A DNA stretch of 64,000 bases from Alphaproteobacteria bacterium (GTDB lineage: Bacteria; Pseudomonadota; Alphaproteobacteria; CALMVH01): contig CBDAQV010000004.1 of the NCBI GenBank assembly GCA_965199265.1, positions 128,884-192,883 of the forward strand, written 5' to 3'. Each line of letters starts with the position of its first letter. The first letter of the stretch is position 1. Both the position numbers and the translations under genes were made by a program. The notes under the pieces are model-generated. The model saw only the letters and a program-made list of their open reading frames with translations. It made no database searches and was not told where the DNA came from. Positions 38,757-50,831 of this stretch are shown here, piece by piece.

Positions 38757-39598
38757 GCGAAGGCGACGCCGTCGCGGCAAGCGGCACGCCGAGGACTCGG
38801 GCAAGCCTTGGTAAGGATTTGCAGGCGATCGGGGTCCAGGCCGGCACCGTCCTCATGGTGCATTGCTCGCTCAGCGCCATGGGCTGGGTCAGCGGCGGCG
38901 CCGTGACGGTACTCGAGGCGCTGCTCGACGTGCTTGGCCCAGAGGGCACGCTGGTCATGCCGGCGCACTCCAATCAGCTGACCGATCCCGCCAACTGGGT
39001 AGATCCGCCGGCGCCCGTCGAGTGGCACCCGGCGATCCGCGATACGTTGCCCGCCTACGACCTCCTGCGCACGCCCACGCGCGGCATGGGATGCGTGGCC
39101 GAGCTTTTCCGCACCTGGCCGGGAGCCCGGCGCAGCGCGCATCCGGCTTACTCGGTCGCTGCGCTGGGTCGGGCGGCTGAGCAGATCACCGCGCTGCATC
39201 CTTTGGATTGTCCTATGGGTGAAGCGTCGCCCTTGCGCACGCTGTACGATTTAGCCGCGCAGATCCTGCTGATCGGCGTAGGCTACGACACATGCACGAT
39301 CCTGCATCTGGCCGAGCACCGCGCCTTGCCCGAGATGCCGGTTGCCCCAGAGGGCGCTCCCATGCTGAAGGACGGCCTGCGACACTGGATCACCTACCGC
39401 ATGCCCGAGCACGATTCCGACCGTTTTCCAGCACTGTGCGCCGTTCTGGACAGCGCACCCGGCACACGCCTGGCGAAGGTTGGGAATGCAGCTGCCCGGC
39501 TTCTGAGCGCTCGCGAGGCGGTTGAGCGGGCCGTGGAGGGCTTGAAGTCCGGTCAGGGAAAGAGTAGCTTCCCGCTTAACGAGAAAGAAAGCTCATGA
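38753..39598 (+). CDS. aminoglycoside N(3)-acetyltransferase family protein (AAC(3)-II/IV-like, Antibiotic_NAT fold)
   Basis: LQAIGVQAGTVLMVHCSLSAMGWVSGGAVTVLEALLDVLGPEGTLVMP and RRSAHPAYSVAALG align to conserved blocks of AAC(3)-IIa as I recall them. It overlaps the chvG-like gene stop by 4 nt. Confidence 0.7.
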   Translation: MSEGDAVAASGTPRTRASLGKDLQAIGVQAGTVLMVHCSLSAMGWVSGGAVTVLEALLDVLGPEGTLVMPAHSNQLTDPANWVDPPAPVEWHPAIRDTLPAYDLLRTPTRGMGCVAELFRTWPGARRSAHPAYSVAALGRAAEQITALHPLDCPMGEASPLRTLYDLAAQILLIGVGYDTCTILHLAEHRALPEMPVAPEGAPMLKDGLRHWITYRMPEHDSDRFPALCAVLDSAPGTRLAKVGNAAARLLSAREAVERAVEGLKSGQGKSSFPLNEKESS

Positions 39599-39854
39599 AC
39601 GAAAAGAACGAAGCCGACGGCAATCAGATGCCGTGTTCACCGAACCGTACGACAGCGCGTGTTCCCGGCGATGGGGCGTCCCAAGGCGACCGGCTGACCG
39701 CCGACCAGCTGGACGTCGTTGCGAAGCTGTTGTCCACCGTCAGCCCTGCCGGGCGCCTGCCGCCCAAGCCAGCGCCGCGCCCTTTCCCCTGCGGCTGATC
39801 GAGCGAACCGGCCGACAGGCGTAACGCAGGTCTCAGGGAGTCCTCAATCTTCCC

Positions 39855-40427
39855 TTACGCCGTGCGCCGGCTCATCGTTTTCGCCCAGCCTTCGGCCTTC
39901 TTCAGCAAGCGGTCCAGCTCGGCCATGGTCTTGCCGCCTTCTTCGCTGTCGTCGTCCATCCAGACCTTCAGCAAGCGGGTGTAGAGCTGTGTGAGGCCGA
40001 GCACCCGCAGCGGCGCTCGCCAACCCGTCGCGGGGATTCGCGCGGCTTCTAGCATCCACGCCATTGCCGGCGGCACCAACATGCTCAGCAGCACGGCGCT
40101 GCCGGGATCGCGCGGCAAATCTTTTGCTATGGCGCGCAGGCCCGGCTTGTAGGGGGTGAGCGCGTCGAGGCGTTTCATGAGCACCTCGAACAGCCGTTCG
40201 CGCGGAGTTTCGTCCGCCGAAGGCGGTGCTCCGGCCAGAACGGCGCGGTTCACCTTGTCCGACAGGCGGCACAGGATGGCGTGCTTGTACGGTGCCGCGG
40301 CATAGAGTTCGGACAGGGGCATCCCGGCGCGGGCGGCGATTTCGTGCATTGTCAGCTTTAACCACCCCGTTTCCGCCGCAAGCCCCAGCGCGGCGTCGAC
40401 GATACGATCAGCGTTTTCAGTGTTCAT
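39855..40427 (-). CDS. TetR/AcrR family transcriptional regulator
   Basis: It has an N-terminal HTH (IVDAALGLAAETGWLKLTMHEIAARAGMPLSELY). The start is at the internal ATG (MNTENADRIV). Confidence 0.7.
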   Translation of the reverse strand: MNTENADRIVDAALGLAAETGWLKLTMHEIAARAGMPLSELYAAAPYKHAILCRLSDKVNRAVLAGAPPSADETPRERLFEVLMKRLDALTPYKPGLRAIAKDLPRDPGSAVLLSMLVPPAMAWMLEAARIPATGWRAPLRVLGLTQLYTRLLKVWMDDDSEEGGKTMAELDRLLKKAEGWAKTMSRRTA

Positions 40428-40803
40428 GCAAGCTCCGGTAGGAAAACCAGGCCAGCGCAAGCCAGCCTGCAATAAAACAAACACCGCCGACAGGGGTTAC
40501 GGCGCCCAGCCATTCCAGCCCGGTCGCTGCCAGCAGGTAGAGGCTGCCGGAAAACAGCACGATCCCGGCCGAGAAGCACCAGCTCGACAGGCGCGGCCCG
40601 CCCAGCGCCGACACCGTCAGCAGGCCGAGGGCGTGGGCGATCTGGTACTCGGCCGCCGTTTTCAGCCAACCTATGCGCTCGGCGTCAGCGACCCTGTCCA
40701 GCCCGTGCGCGGCGAACGCGCCGCCCATGACGGCCAACGCCCCGTTCAGGGCGGCGAACACGACGAAGTACGATCCGGCTCCGACCATGCTGACGCTCGG
40801 CAT
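40417..40803 (-). CDS. DUF423 domain-containing small membrane protein
   Basis: 128 aa with 4 predicted TM helices. It is the C-terminal part of the over-extended ORF 40417..41586 and starts at MPSVSMVGAG. Confidence 0.6.
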   Translation of the reverse strand: MPSVSMVGAGSYFVVFAALNGALAVMGGAFAAHGLDRVADAERIGWLKTAAEYQIAHALGLLTVSALGGPRLSSWCFSAGIVLFSGSLYLLAATGLEWLGAVTPVGGVCFIAGWLALAWFSYRSLHEH

Positions 40804-40842
40804 GCTTCTCCTTATCCCTTCCCGTCTCGGGGCGGAAGGGTT

Positions 40843-41583
40843 ATGAACCACGCCATGTCGCAGGAGATTGAACTGTCCGTGGTCGTTCCCGTCAAGAACG
40901 AGTCCGGAAACATCGAGCCGCTGGTCCGTGAGATCGTCACGGCGCTCGACGGGATCGCGCCGTATGAAATCCTCTACGTCGATGATGGCAGCACGGACGA
41001 CGGGCCGGCGATTCTCGCCCGGCTGCAGCAAACCCTGCCGCAGCTGCGAATTGTGCGCCACGCCGCTTCGTGCGGGCAAAGCGCGGCGGTGCGCACGGGA
41101 GTGCTGCACGCGCGCGGTCGTCTGGTTGCAACGCTGGACGGCGATGGGCAGAACGACCCCGCCGACCTGCCCAGGCTGCTGGCGCGGATGCGTGCGGAGC
41201 CGGTTCTGGAAATGGTCGCCGGGCAGCGCGTGCGCCGCCAGGATTCGCTTGGCAAGCGCCTGTCGTCGAAAATCGCCAACCGCGTGCGCCGCGCCGTGCT
41301 GAACGACGATACGCCCGACACGGGCTGCGGCACCAAGATGTTCAGCCGCGACGCGTTCCTGCGCCTGCCGTATTTCGATCACATGCACCGCTTCCTGCCG
41401 GCGCTGATGAAGCGCGAGGGCCTGGCCGTCGGGCGCGAGGCGGTGAACCATCGCCCGCGCCTGACCGGCCGTTCGAAATACGGCATCAACAACCGCCTGT
41501 GGGTCGGGATCGTCGACCTCGCCGGCGTGTGGTGGCTGACCCGGCGCATGCGCCGTCCGGCCGTCCTGCCGGCGGGCGGCTGA
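40843..41583 (+). CDS. family 2 glycosyltransferase (polyprenol-phosphate hexose/DPM1/ArnC-like)
   Basis: LSVVVPVKNESGNIEPLV, YEILYVDDGSTDDG and ATLDGDGQNDP are the GT2 DxD region. The start is at the ATG at 40843. Confidence 0.8.
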   Translation: MNHAMSQEIELSVVVPVKNESGNIEPLVREIVTALDGIAPYEILYVDDGSTDDGPAILARLQQTLPQLRIVRHAASCGQSAAVRTGVLHARGRLVATLDGDGQNDPADLPRLLARMRAEPVLEMVAGQRVRRQDSLGKRLSSKIANRVRRAVLNDDTPDTGCGTKMFSRDAFLRLPYFDHMHRFLPALMKREGLAVGREAVNHRPRLTGRSKYGINNRLWVGIVDLAGVWWLTRRMRRPAVLPAGG

Positions 41584-41584
41584 C

Positions 41585-42028
41585 ATGGCCGATCAGGTCA
41601 TGGGCTGGCTCGGCCAGCCGTGGAAGGTGTTCAGCGTCGCCGCGCAGGTGATGTTCTTCATGCGTTTCTTCGTCCAGTGGCTGCACAGCGAACGCCAGGG
41701 CCGCACCGTGGTGCCGGACGCGTTCTGGACTTTCTCGATCGGCGGCGGCGGCATGCTGCTCGTCTACTGCCTGCACCAGAAGGAATGGGTGCTGGCGCTG
41801 GGCCAGCTTGGCGGCCTGATGATCTACCTGCGCAATTTCTGGATGATCCGGCGCAACCGCGCCCGCGGCGCGGGCTATGCCGCGACCGCCGAAGCGCGGG
41901 CGCTGGTCGACGACCTGAAGGCGCAGATAGGCAAGCTATCAGATATAAACGACCGGCCCGTGCTGGTGGACGAAACCCTCGACCGGCTGAAAACTCTGCT
42001 CCAGCCCGCCGAAACGGAGACAGTGTGA
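41585..42028 (+). CDS. lipid-A-disaccharide synthase N-terminal (LAB_N) domain membrane protein
   Basis: WKVFSVAAQVMFFMRFFVQWLHSERQGRTVVPDAFWTFSIGGGGMLLVYCL is the typical LAB_N pattern. It is adjacent and coupled to the GT2 gene, a common pairing. Confidence 0.65.
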   Translation: MADQVMGWLGQPWKVFSVAAQVMFFMRFFVQWLHSERQGRTVVPDAFWTFSIGGGGMLLVYCLHQKEWVLALGQLGGLMIYLRNFWMIRRNRARGAGYAATAEARALVDDLKAQIGKLSDINDRPVLVDETLDRLKTLLQPAETETV

Positions 42029-42993
42029 TGGAATACGACGTCCTCGGCATCGGCAACGCGATCGTCGACGTGCTCGCCCTTGCGGAGGAGGCGTTCATCG
42101 CCGCCGAGGTGCTGACCAAGGGAACGATGCAGCTGATCGACACCGCGCGCGCCGAGCAGCTTTACGCGCGCATGAACCCCGGGGTAGAAGTTTCCGGCGG
42201 CTCGGCAGCCAACACCATGGTGGGCGTGGCGTCGCTTGGCGGCAAGGCGGCGTTCGTCGGCAAGGTGGCGGACGACCCGCTGGGCGATATCTTCCGGCAC
42301 GACATGAACGCGTCCGGCGTCCATTTCGCGACCGCCCCCGCGTTGGGCGAGCTGCCGACCGGGCGCTGCCTGATCCTGGTGACGCCGGACGCCGAGCGGA
42401 CGATGAACACGTACCTCGGCGCGGCCGGGCTGCTGACGCAATCCGATATCGATCCGGTTCTGGTCCGCGCGGCGAAGGTCACCTACCTCGAAGGTTACCG
42501 CTTCGACCTGCCCGAGACCAAGGCGGCGTTTTTCCGCGCGGCGAACCTTGCGCGCGAGGCGGGCCGAAAGGTCGGGCTCAGCCTGTCCGACCGCTTCTGC
42601 GTCGAAGGCCACCGCGCGGAGTTCCTCGACTTGATCGAAACCCACGTCGACATCCTGTTCGCCAACGAACCCGAGATTAACGCGCTTTACGAAACCGATT
42701 TCGGCCACGCCCGCGAGACCGTGCGCGAGAAGGTGACGGTCGCCTGCTTGACGCGCGGCGCGGCGGGATCGGTGATCATTTCCGGCGCGGACACGATCGA
42801 AGTGGCGGCCGGGCGGGCGGACCGCGTGGTGGACACGACCGGCGCGGGCGACCTCTACGCCGCCGGTTTCCTGTACGGCTTCACCCGCGACCTGCCGCTG
42901 GCGGAATGCGGCCGCATCGCCGCGATCGCCGCAGCCGAGATCGTCAGCCATGTCGGGCCAAGGCCGGAGGTGGTGCTAGCGGATTTGATCTGA
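42028..42993 (+). CDS. PfkB-family carbohydrate/adenosine kinase
   Basis: MEYDVLGIGNAIVDV (N-terminal GG motif) and DTTGAGDLYAAGFLYG (C-terminal anion hole/DTxGAGD) are present. The TGATG overlap with the upstream gene indicates coupling. Confidence 0.75.
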   Translation: MEYDVLGIGNAIVDVLALAEEAFIAAEVLTKGTMQLIDTARAEQLYARMNPGVEVSGGSAANTMVGVASLGGKAAFVGKVADDPLGDIFRHDMNASGVHFATAPALGELPTGRCLILVTPDAERTMNTYLGAAGLLTQSDIDPVLVRAAKVTYLEGYRFDLPETKAAFFRAANLAREAGRKVGLSLSDRFCVEGHRAEFLDLIETHVDILFANEPEINALYETDFGHARETVREKVTVACLTRGAAGSVIISGADTIEVAAGRADRVVDTTGAGDLYAAGFLYGFTRDLPLAECGRIAAIAAAEIVSHVGPRPEVVLADLI

Positions 42994-43120
42994 TGCGACG
43001 CAAGCGCATTATCCTCGGTAATATTGGAAACAGCGGTTGCTTCTTGTAAACCCTAATCAAAGGGATGAACGGAAGATTCGAGATTCATATCGAAGATGAC
43101 CGCCGTCGAGAGGGAATGAA

Positions 43121-43388
43121 ATGCAGTTTCCGGAACGCACACTCGAGGTTGATCTCAGTACCCGGCCGTCAGGCGGGGCTTTGCGGGCATCGCACGTCGC
43201 GGTTGATTTTCTTAGCGCAGTATCGGTGTTTGGCACCATCGGTGTAGGTGCCGCGACGGTTTACGACGCTGTCGCCAATCGGACTCGCTCGAAAAATTTG
43301 TCGGCGGCGTTTTCATGGCAAGCGGCATTGCCGGAGCGGTCGGCTACATCAAGTACGCGCGCAATCCGCTGGACAGCCCGCGGGTCTA
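43121..43388 (+). pseudogene. small two-TM glycine-zipper membrane protein interrupted by a 1-nt deletion in an A5 run (~43299-43303)
   Basis: Frame 1 encodes ...VDFLSAVSVFGTIGVGAATVYDAVANRTRSK. Frame -1 continues FVGGVFMASGIAGAVGYIKYARNPLDSPRV*. Adding one A joins them into an 89-aa protein. Confidence 0.3.
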
Positions 43389-43451
43389 AATTCGTGCATC
43401 GGAGAGCGTAAGTAGACGAGTCCCTGGAGCAGGCTGAAACGCGCGCGTAGA

Positions 43452-44168
43452 CTACAGGGTATTATGTAGTTTGGTGCGACTGCGTGGGTTCTGCGCTGCC
43501 AGTGCCTGGTCCAGGTCGTATTCCAGCATGAAGCGGCGGATGCTGTCCGGGCCTTTCACCTTGACCGCCTGCCACCCGGCGTTTTTCGCCCCGTCCAGCG
43601 CGTAATCGGCGTCATCGAGCAGGATCAGGTTCTTCGGCGGGTCGCGGTCATAATCCTCGCGAACAACTCGGCCCGCCACCTCGCGGGCGCGCATGTAGAA
43701 ACCGGGCTGAGGCTTGTAGAAGCCGAGGTCGGACGAGCAGGCGATGCCGTCGAACATCCGGCCCAAATCGCCGCCGCCCGGGCTCAGGAGGAAGTCCTTG
43801 CGCCGTCCGGTATTGTTCGTGCACAGGATCGTCGGGATGTCGCGCCGGCGCGCCCAGTCGGACAGTTCCTCGACAATGGGGGTGTTGCGAACAAATCCGG
43901 CGCGCAGCATGAAGTCGGCGACCTCGGCTGCCGGAATGGCCGGGTGCGGGCCCATCAGCCGGGCGATCTCGCCCTCATAATCGCCGCCGGTCAGAAGCTT
44001 CTCCTTGACCGCCCAGTCGCTGTCGGTGCGCATCACCCGTTCCAGGTCGAGCCCGCGCGCTTTCATGGCTTGCGCCAGCGGCGCGGCGGCGACGGGGTCG
44101 TGATCGACCAGGACGCCGTCGCAATCGATCATCAGGGCGTCGCAGTGACGGTAATGAGCAGCTCTCAT
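43452..44168 (-). CDS. HAD-superfamily hydrolase
   Basis: Motif I DALMIDCDGVLVD and a downstream LCTNN / DD motif are present. Confidence 0.7.
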   Translation of the reverse strand: MRAAHYRHCDALMIDCDGVLVDHDPVAAAPLAQAMKARGLDLERVMRTDSDWAVKEKLLTGGDYEGEIARLMGPHPAIPAAEVADFMLRAGFVRNTPIVEELSDWARRRDIPTILCTNNTGRRKDFLLSPGGGDLGRMFDGIACSSDLGFYKPQPGFYMRAREVAGRVVREDYDRDPPKNLILLDDADYALDGAKNAGWQAVKVKGPDSIRRFMLEYDLDQALAAQNPRSRTKLHNTL

Positions 44169-44320
44169 GCGCCAGACTTTCGCGGCAGAATGCCTTCCAA
44201 TCCATTAACGGCATGAAATTGTGCTCACGTTGTGGCGCAGGCAGCACGATTTACTTGCCGCATTCTCAATATGGATATGGATCCCGGATCAATCCGGAAC
44301 GAATGAGGATTCTTCCCTCC

Positions 44321-46888
<2,568 letters not shown>

Positions 46889-47005
46889 TCACCGGGAACG
46901 GGCAGGTTCCAACCTAGGATCATTGCCCGGAACGCCGATCAACAGCAAAAAAGTTCTTGTTATGTTCTTTATTCTACAGTATGATTTTAGTGCTCTGGAG
47001 GTAGA

Positions 47006-47854
47006 ATGTTCGAAGTTCAAAAAGCTATGCTGACGATCAACGGCCGAGGCCTGCTGTTTGCAGGCAAGCACGTCCTTGCGCCCCTAGGTTCCGCAACGCG
47101 ACGCTTTAACTTGGAATACGATCTTGAACCGGTTCTAGCTCAGCTCACTGCAGGCTATATGCGACCTGTCAATACCCGTACGGTGTCGCTGCTTTACTCC
47201 GCGCTAGCAGCTTGGAACAGGGGTGATTTTGGGCGTGCTGCTTACGACTTGATTCTGACAAGTCTTCCCGATCCGAAGGACAACACTAATTTTTACGAGC
47301 GCATCGAGGCCGTAGACAAGGCTATCGCGACAGGTCGCCGTCCAAAGGACGTTCTGAAAACGTTTGGCGTGAACCCTGCGTGGATGGACGAAGCCCGCGT
47401 TCCGGCCGGTCAGACCGATGCAGGCGAATGGGTTAGCGGCGATAACGATACAGGAGATGTCACAAATATTGCCGCTCACAGCGGAGATCCGTCCATCAGG
47501 TGGAATGCAAAGGTGAAAGCTCTGCCTCAATCGTCGCTCGATGCTTTGAGAACGGCCATGCGCCTCGAAGATTTGCCTGCAAATCAGTTCGATGATATGG
47601 CATGGATAATGGCCCAGGAGTCCCAGGGCGTCGTTGGTGTTCCGAACAATCGCGGTGGAAGTGCTAGTGGTCTTTTCCAGTTGCAGCCATCAAACTATCA
47701 TTTTTATCCAAACGGAGCGAAATCGATCGGAAATGCCGTTGAGGAGGCACAAGGAGGAATTCGCTATATGCTATGGAAGTACGGTAATGCCGCCAGAGCA
47801 AAAGCCGCATGGGTTAAAAATTATAATGTAAACCCTAACAATCCTTTTTGGTAA
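47006..47854 (+). CDS. hypothetical protein with C-terminal lytic-transglycosylase (SLT/lysozyme-like) motif; low GC (~47%); candidate peptidoglycan-targeting effector
   Basis: A GGAGG RBS precedes the start. AQESQGVVGVPNNRGGSASGLFQLQPSNY fits the SLT catalytic E-S...GLMQ pattern. GC is far below the host value. Confidence 0.5.
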   Translation: MFEVQKAMLTINGRGLLFAGKHVLAPLGSATRRFNLEYDLEPVLAQLTAGYMRPVNTRTVSLLYSALAAWNRGDFGRAAYDLILTSLPDPKDNTNFYERIEAVDKAIATGRRPKDVLKTFGVNPAWMDEARVPAGQTDAGEWVSGDNDTGDVTNIAAHSGDPSIRWNAKVKALPQSSLDALRTAMRLEDLPANQFDDMAWIMAQESQGVVGVPNNRGGSASGLFQLQPSNYHFYPNGAKSIGNAVEEAQGGIRYMLWKYGNAARAKAAWVKNYNVNPNNPFW

Positions 47855-47856
47855 AA

Positions 47857-48429
47857 ATGAAGTACATTCTCGTAGTGATGAGCCTATTCTTTCTCACCAC
47901 GGCAATTACGCATGCCGAAGAAACTCGTGATCTTTTTAAATACTATAATGTTAAGGAAATTTTTCGTGGTGGAAAACATGCTGTTGTGCTTCGAACAAAA
48001 CAAGATCATTTGATGCGCACGGCCCTGAGGGGGGGGTACGAGCTCCATAGAGTAGAATTCGCTGGCCACTACATTGTTCTCACGATTGGATGTGGTGCTG
48101 CCTGTTTCGGCGGCGCGGTGGTCGATGCCATCACCGGAAACGTGACGTGGTTCCCTTTCTTGGAAATGTCAGTGACCGATTATTTCGAGCCGGTTTCGTA
48201 CTGCCGCAACAGTCGCCTGATCCGCTTCGTGGGTGAAACCGCGCGCGACCCGCGCAACGCCGCTTATTTTTATGAATTGCGCAACGACCAGTTTCGTCTT
48301 GTGAAAACCGTCCTCCTGCCGCCCCCCAGGGACGGACTCATCGGCGATCCTCCCAAATGGCAGGACATGTACAGCAGCAATCCCGCCTATTGCACTCCCG
48401 TCAGCGAAACGCCGCGGAACTACCTGTGA
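47857..48429 (+). CDS. hypothetical periplasmic protein with signal peptide (MKYILVVMSLFFLTTAITHA); candidate cognate immunity protein; low GC
   Basis: It lies immediately downstream of, and co-directional with, the transglycosylase-like gene. It has the same low GC and a cleavable signal peptide. Confidence 0.5.
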   Translation: MKYILVVMSLFFLTTAITHAEETRDLFKYYNVKEIFRGGKHAVVLRTKQDHLMRTALRGGYELHRVEFAGHYIVLTIGCGAACFGGAVVDAITGNVTWFPFLEMSVTDYFEPVSYCRNSRLIRFVGETARDPRNAAYFYELRNDQFRLVKTVLLPPPRDGLIGDPPKWQDMYSSNPAYCTPVSETPRNYL

Positions 48430-48460
48430 AAGGCAAGTCGGATCTTGTGCGCTGAACGAA

Positions 48461-49285
48461 CTATTTATCTGCTCCACCTTCCGCCTGCCGCACCATGCGC
48501 AAGTGCGGGCGCTTGACTCCGATCAGCGGCGCGAGGGCGAAGCGGCCGAGCGCCGAGATCGAGGTGCCGCGCTTGAACGCGGCCTGGACCAGCTGGTTGA
48601 ATGCATCAGTCTCGAGCTGGACCAGCAGGATCTGCGACGGGCTGCCGTTCAGCTGCTTGCCGTCGGGCTTCTCGAAGAACACGTCGAACGCGCTCCACAT
48701 GTAGACGTGGATCTCCTCCGCCTCGCGCGTGCGCAGCGAGGGCGACAGCAGCCGGTCGGCCCGGCTGGCGACGTAGCCGCCCATCACGTCGCTGTCTTTG
48801 AGCAGGTAAAGATAATCGTACGCCGAGCGTGGGCCGAGGTCGATGGACTGGCGGGCATGCAGCAGAGTGCGCGGCTGCTCGAACGCCGGGTCGAACGCCG
48901 TATGGAGCATCATCGCCGCGGCGATGCGGCGCGCGGCGTGGTTGTAGCAGCTGCCTGGCTCGTAGGCGCGGAAGATCGACAGGGCCTGGTCCTCGGCTTC
49001 CTGGACCGGGCGGCGGCTTTCCAGCGTCGCCTGCACCGGATCGGTCATGCCGGCCCGAAGGCGCCACTCGGCGGGGGAGAACTGGACCGACTCCGGCAGC
49101 ACTGGCATGGCCTCGACGTCGACTTTCTCCGGCGGCATGAACTCGCCGCCTCCGCTTATGATTTCCAGCGCGCGCAGCACCGCCTCGACGGCCAGCGCCT
49201 GCACCGTGGACTCGCGCAGGCGGGCGAGGGTGCTAATCCGTTCGAGCTCCTGCGACGAAAGGGCGATGGCGAAGCGTTTGGGCAT
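48461..49285 (-). CDS. hypothetical protein (274 aa), host-like GC
   Basis: This long ORF runs in the same orientation as recF and gyrB. No family was recognised. Confidence 0.45.
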   Translation of the reverse strand: MPKRFAIALSSQELERISTLARLRESTVQALAVEAVLRALEIISGGGEFMPPEKVDVEAMPVLPESVQFSPAEWRLRAGMTDPVQATLESRRPVQEAEDQALSIFRAYEPGSCYNHAARRIAAAMMLHTAFDPAFEQPRTLLHARQSIDLGPRSAYDYLYLLKDSDVMGGYVASRADRLLSPSLRTREAEEIHVYMWSAFDVFFEKPDGKQLNGSPSQILLVQLETDAFNQLVQAAFKRGTSISALGRFALAPLIGVKRPHLRMVRQAEGGADK

Positions 49286-49314
49286 GGCGGGGTTCTACAA
49301 TGCGGAAAATGGTT

Positions 49315-50442
49315 TTACGAGGGCGAATTGATCGGCGCCGCCACCCTGCCGCCTTCCACGTGCAGGAAAGTCGCCTGCCCGCGCAGGTCCTCGAAAGCGC
49401 CCGGCTCGGTCCCGCTCATCCACGCCTGCAGACCAAGGCCGGTAACGCGCGCGAACAGCGCCGTCCTACGCGCGGCATCGAGATGGGCGGTGATCTCGTC
49501 CAGCAGCAGGATCGGCGCGCCGCCGCCGCCGCCGCCGATCATGAGCCCGGCATTGGCAAGGATCAGCGCGATCAGCAGCGCTTTCTGCTCGCCGGTCGAG
49601 CACAGGGCGGCGGGCATGTCCTTGGCCGTATACCGCACGGCAAGGTCGCTGCGGTGCACCCCGATGGTGCAGCGGCCCGCGGCGGCATCGGCGCGCCGAT
49701 GTTCGGCCAGGATGTTGCGCAGCCAATCCTCGGTCTGCAGCGCGCTGTGTCCGGTCAGCCAGTCTTCGACTTCCCCACGCACGGCGACGCCCGGCTGGGG
49801 AAACACGCCGTCGGCTTCTTCTGCCTGGCAGGCACGATCAAGGCGTTGCGCGATGGCGAGGCGGCTGGCGGCGACCGCGACGCCCGTTTCGGCCAGTACG
49901 GTCTCGATCCCCTCCAGCCACGCAGGATGCCGGTCCTGCTCCAGCAGCTTCTGGCGTTCGCGCAAGGCCTGCTCGTAGCGGTTGACGCGGGTGGCGTGCG
50001 CCGGGTCGTAGCCGTAGATGACGCGGTCAAGGAAGCGTCGCCGGGCCGAGGAAGGCTCGGCGAACAGACGGTCCATGGCAGGGGTCAGCCACAGGACGGG
50101 CGCGACCTCCGCCAGTGCGCCCTGCGCGCGGTTGGCGCCGTCGATGCGCACGACGCGCCGCTCGGACGCGTCTTCCTGCCCGGTGCCGACTTCGCGGGTT
50201 CCGGCTTGTCCTGTGATTGCTCCAGCCACCGCCCAGGATTGAGCCTGCCCCGCTTGCGTCAGTTCGGAGAGTTTCGCGTTCCGCAAGCCCCGCCCGGGGG
50301 CGAGCAGGCTGATCGCTTCCAGCAGGTTGGTCTTGCCGGCGCCGTTCGGGCCGGTCAGCACGATCGGCGCCGGACCGGCTTCAAGCCGCAGGTGACCGTA
50401 GTTGCGGAAGGCGGTCAGCGTCAGGCGGGCGAGATGGGTCAT
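49315..50442 (-). CDS. recF: DNA replication and repair protein RecF
   Basis: Walker A motif LTGPNGAGKTNLLEAI and a C-terminal SGGQ-like / LLLDE region are present. Confidence 0.9.
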   Translation of the reverse strand: MTHLARLTLTAFRNYGHLRLEAGPAPIVLTGPNGAGKTNLLEAISLLAPGRGLRNAKLSELTQAGQAQSWAVAGAITGQAGTREVGTGQEDASERRVVRIDGANRAQGALAEVAPVLWLTPAMDRLFAEPSSARRRFLDRVIYGYDPAHATRVNRYEQALRERQKLLEQDRHPAWLEGIETVLAETGVAVAASRLAIAQRLDRACQAEEADGVFPQPGVAVRGEVEDWLTGHSALQTEDWLRNILAEHRRADAAAGRCTIGVHRSDLAVRYTAKDMPAALCSTGEQKALLIALILANAGLMIGGGGGGAPILLLDEITAHLDAARRTALFARVTGLGLQAWMSGTEPGAFEDLRGQATFLHVEGGRVAAPINSPS

Positions 50443-50831
50443 GTTATCCCCTGCCCGATATAACTGGCACCCTCCGCGACGGCGGAGGACACATCGTGCA
50501 TCGCTTGTTGCAGCAGAAGAGAGCGGAGAATGGATTTCCTGCCTGCGCAGGGGGCGACAAGAAGAAACGTATGCGGTTCACCCTCCACGTCTCCACCAAC
50601 GCCTAAACGCAACGATCGACCAAACGCCCTCGCACAGGCCGAACGGCCACGCGCCCTGAAGGAAACCGTATGCGGAGCCTAGAACGCATGATCCAGCGAA
50701 GGCCAGCACGTACCAGCGGTTGCGTTCCTCCAGAGCATAGGTGATCAGCATGGCGATGACCGCGAACAGGCCGAACAGCGTCAGGGGATCGATGATGGAA
50801 TTCTACCGGCGATGGTGCGAAGGTCGCGTCC

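Noticed and set aside
39595-39798. 67-aa ORF overlapping the stop of the AAC(3)-family gene (ATGA)
   Set aside because: Translational-coupling geometry is suggestive. However, the product is low-complexity (Pro/Ala-rich) with no motifs, so it was not reported as a feature.
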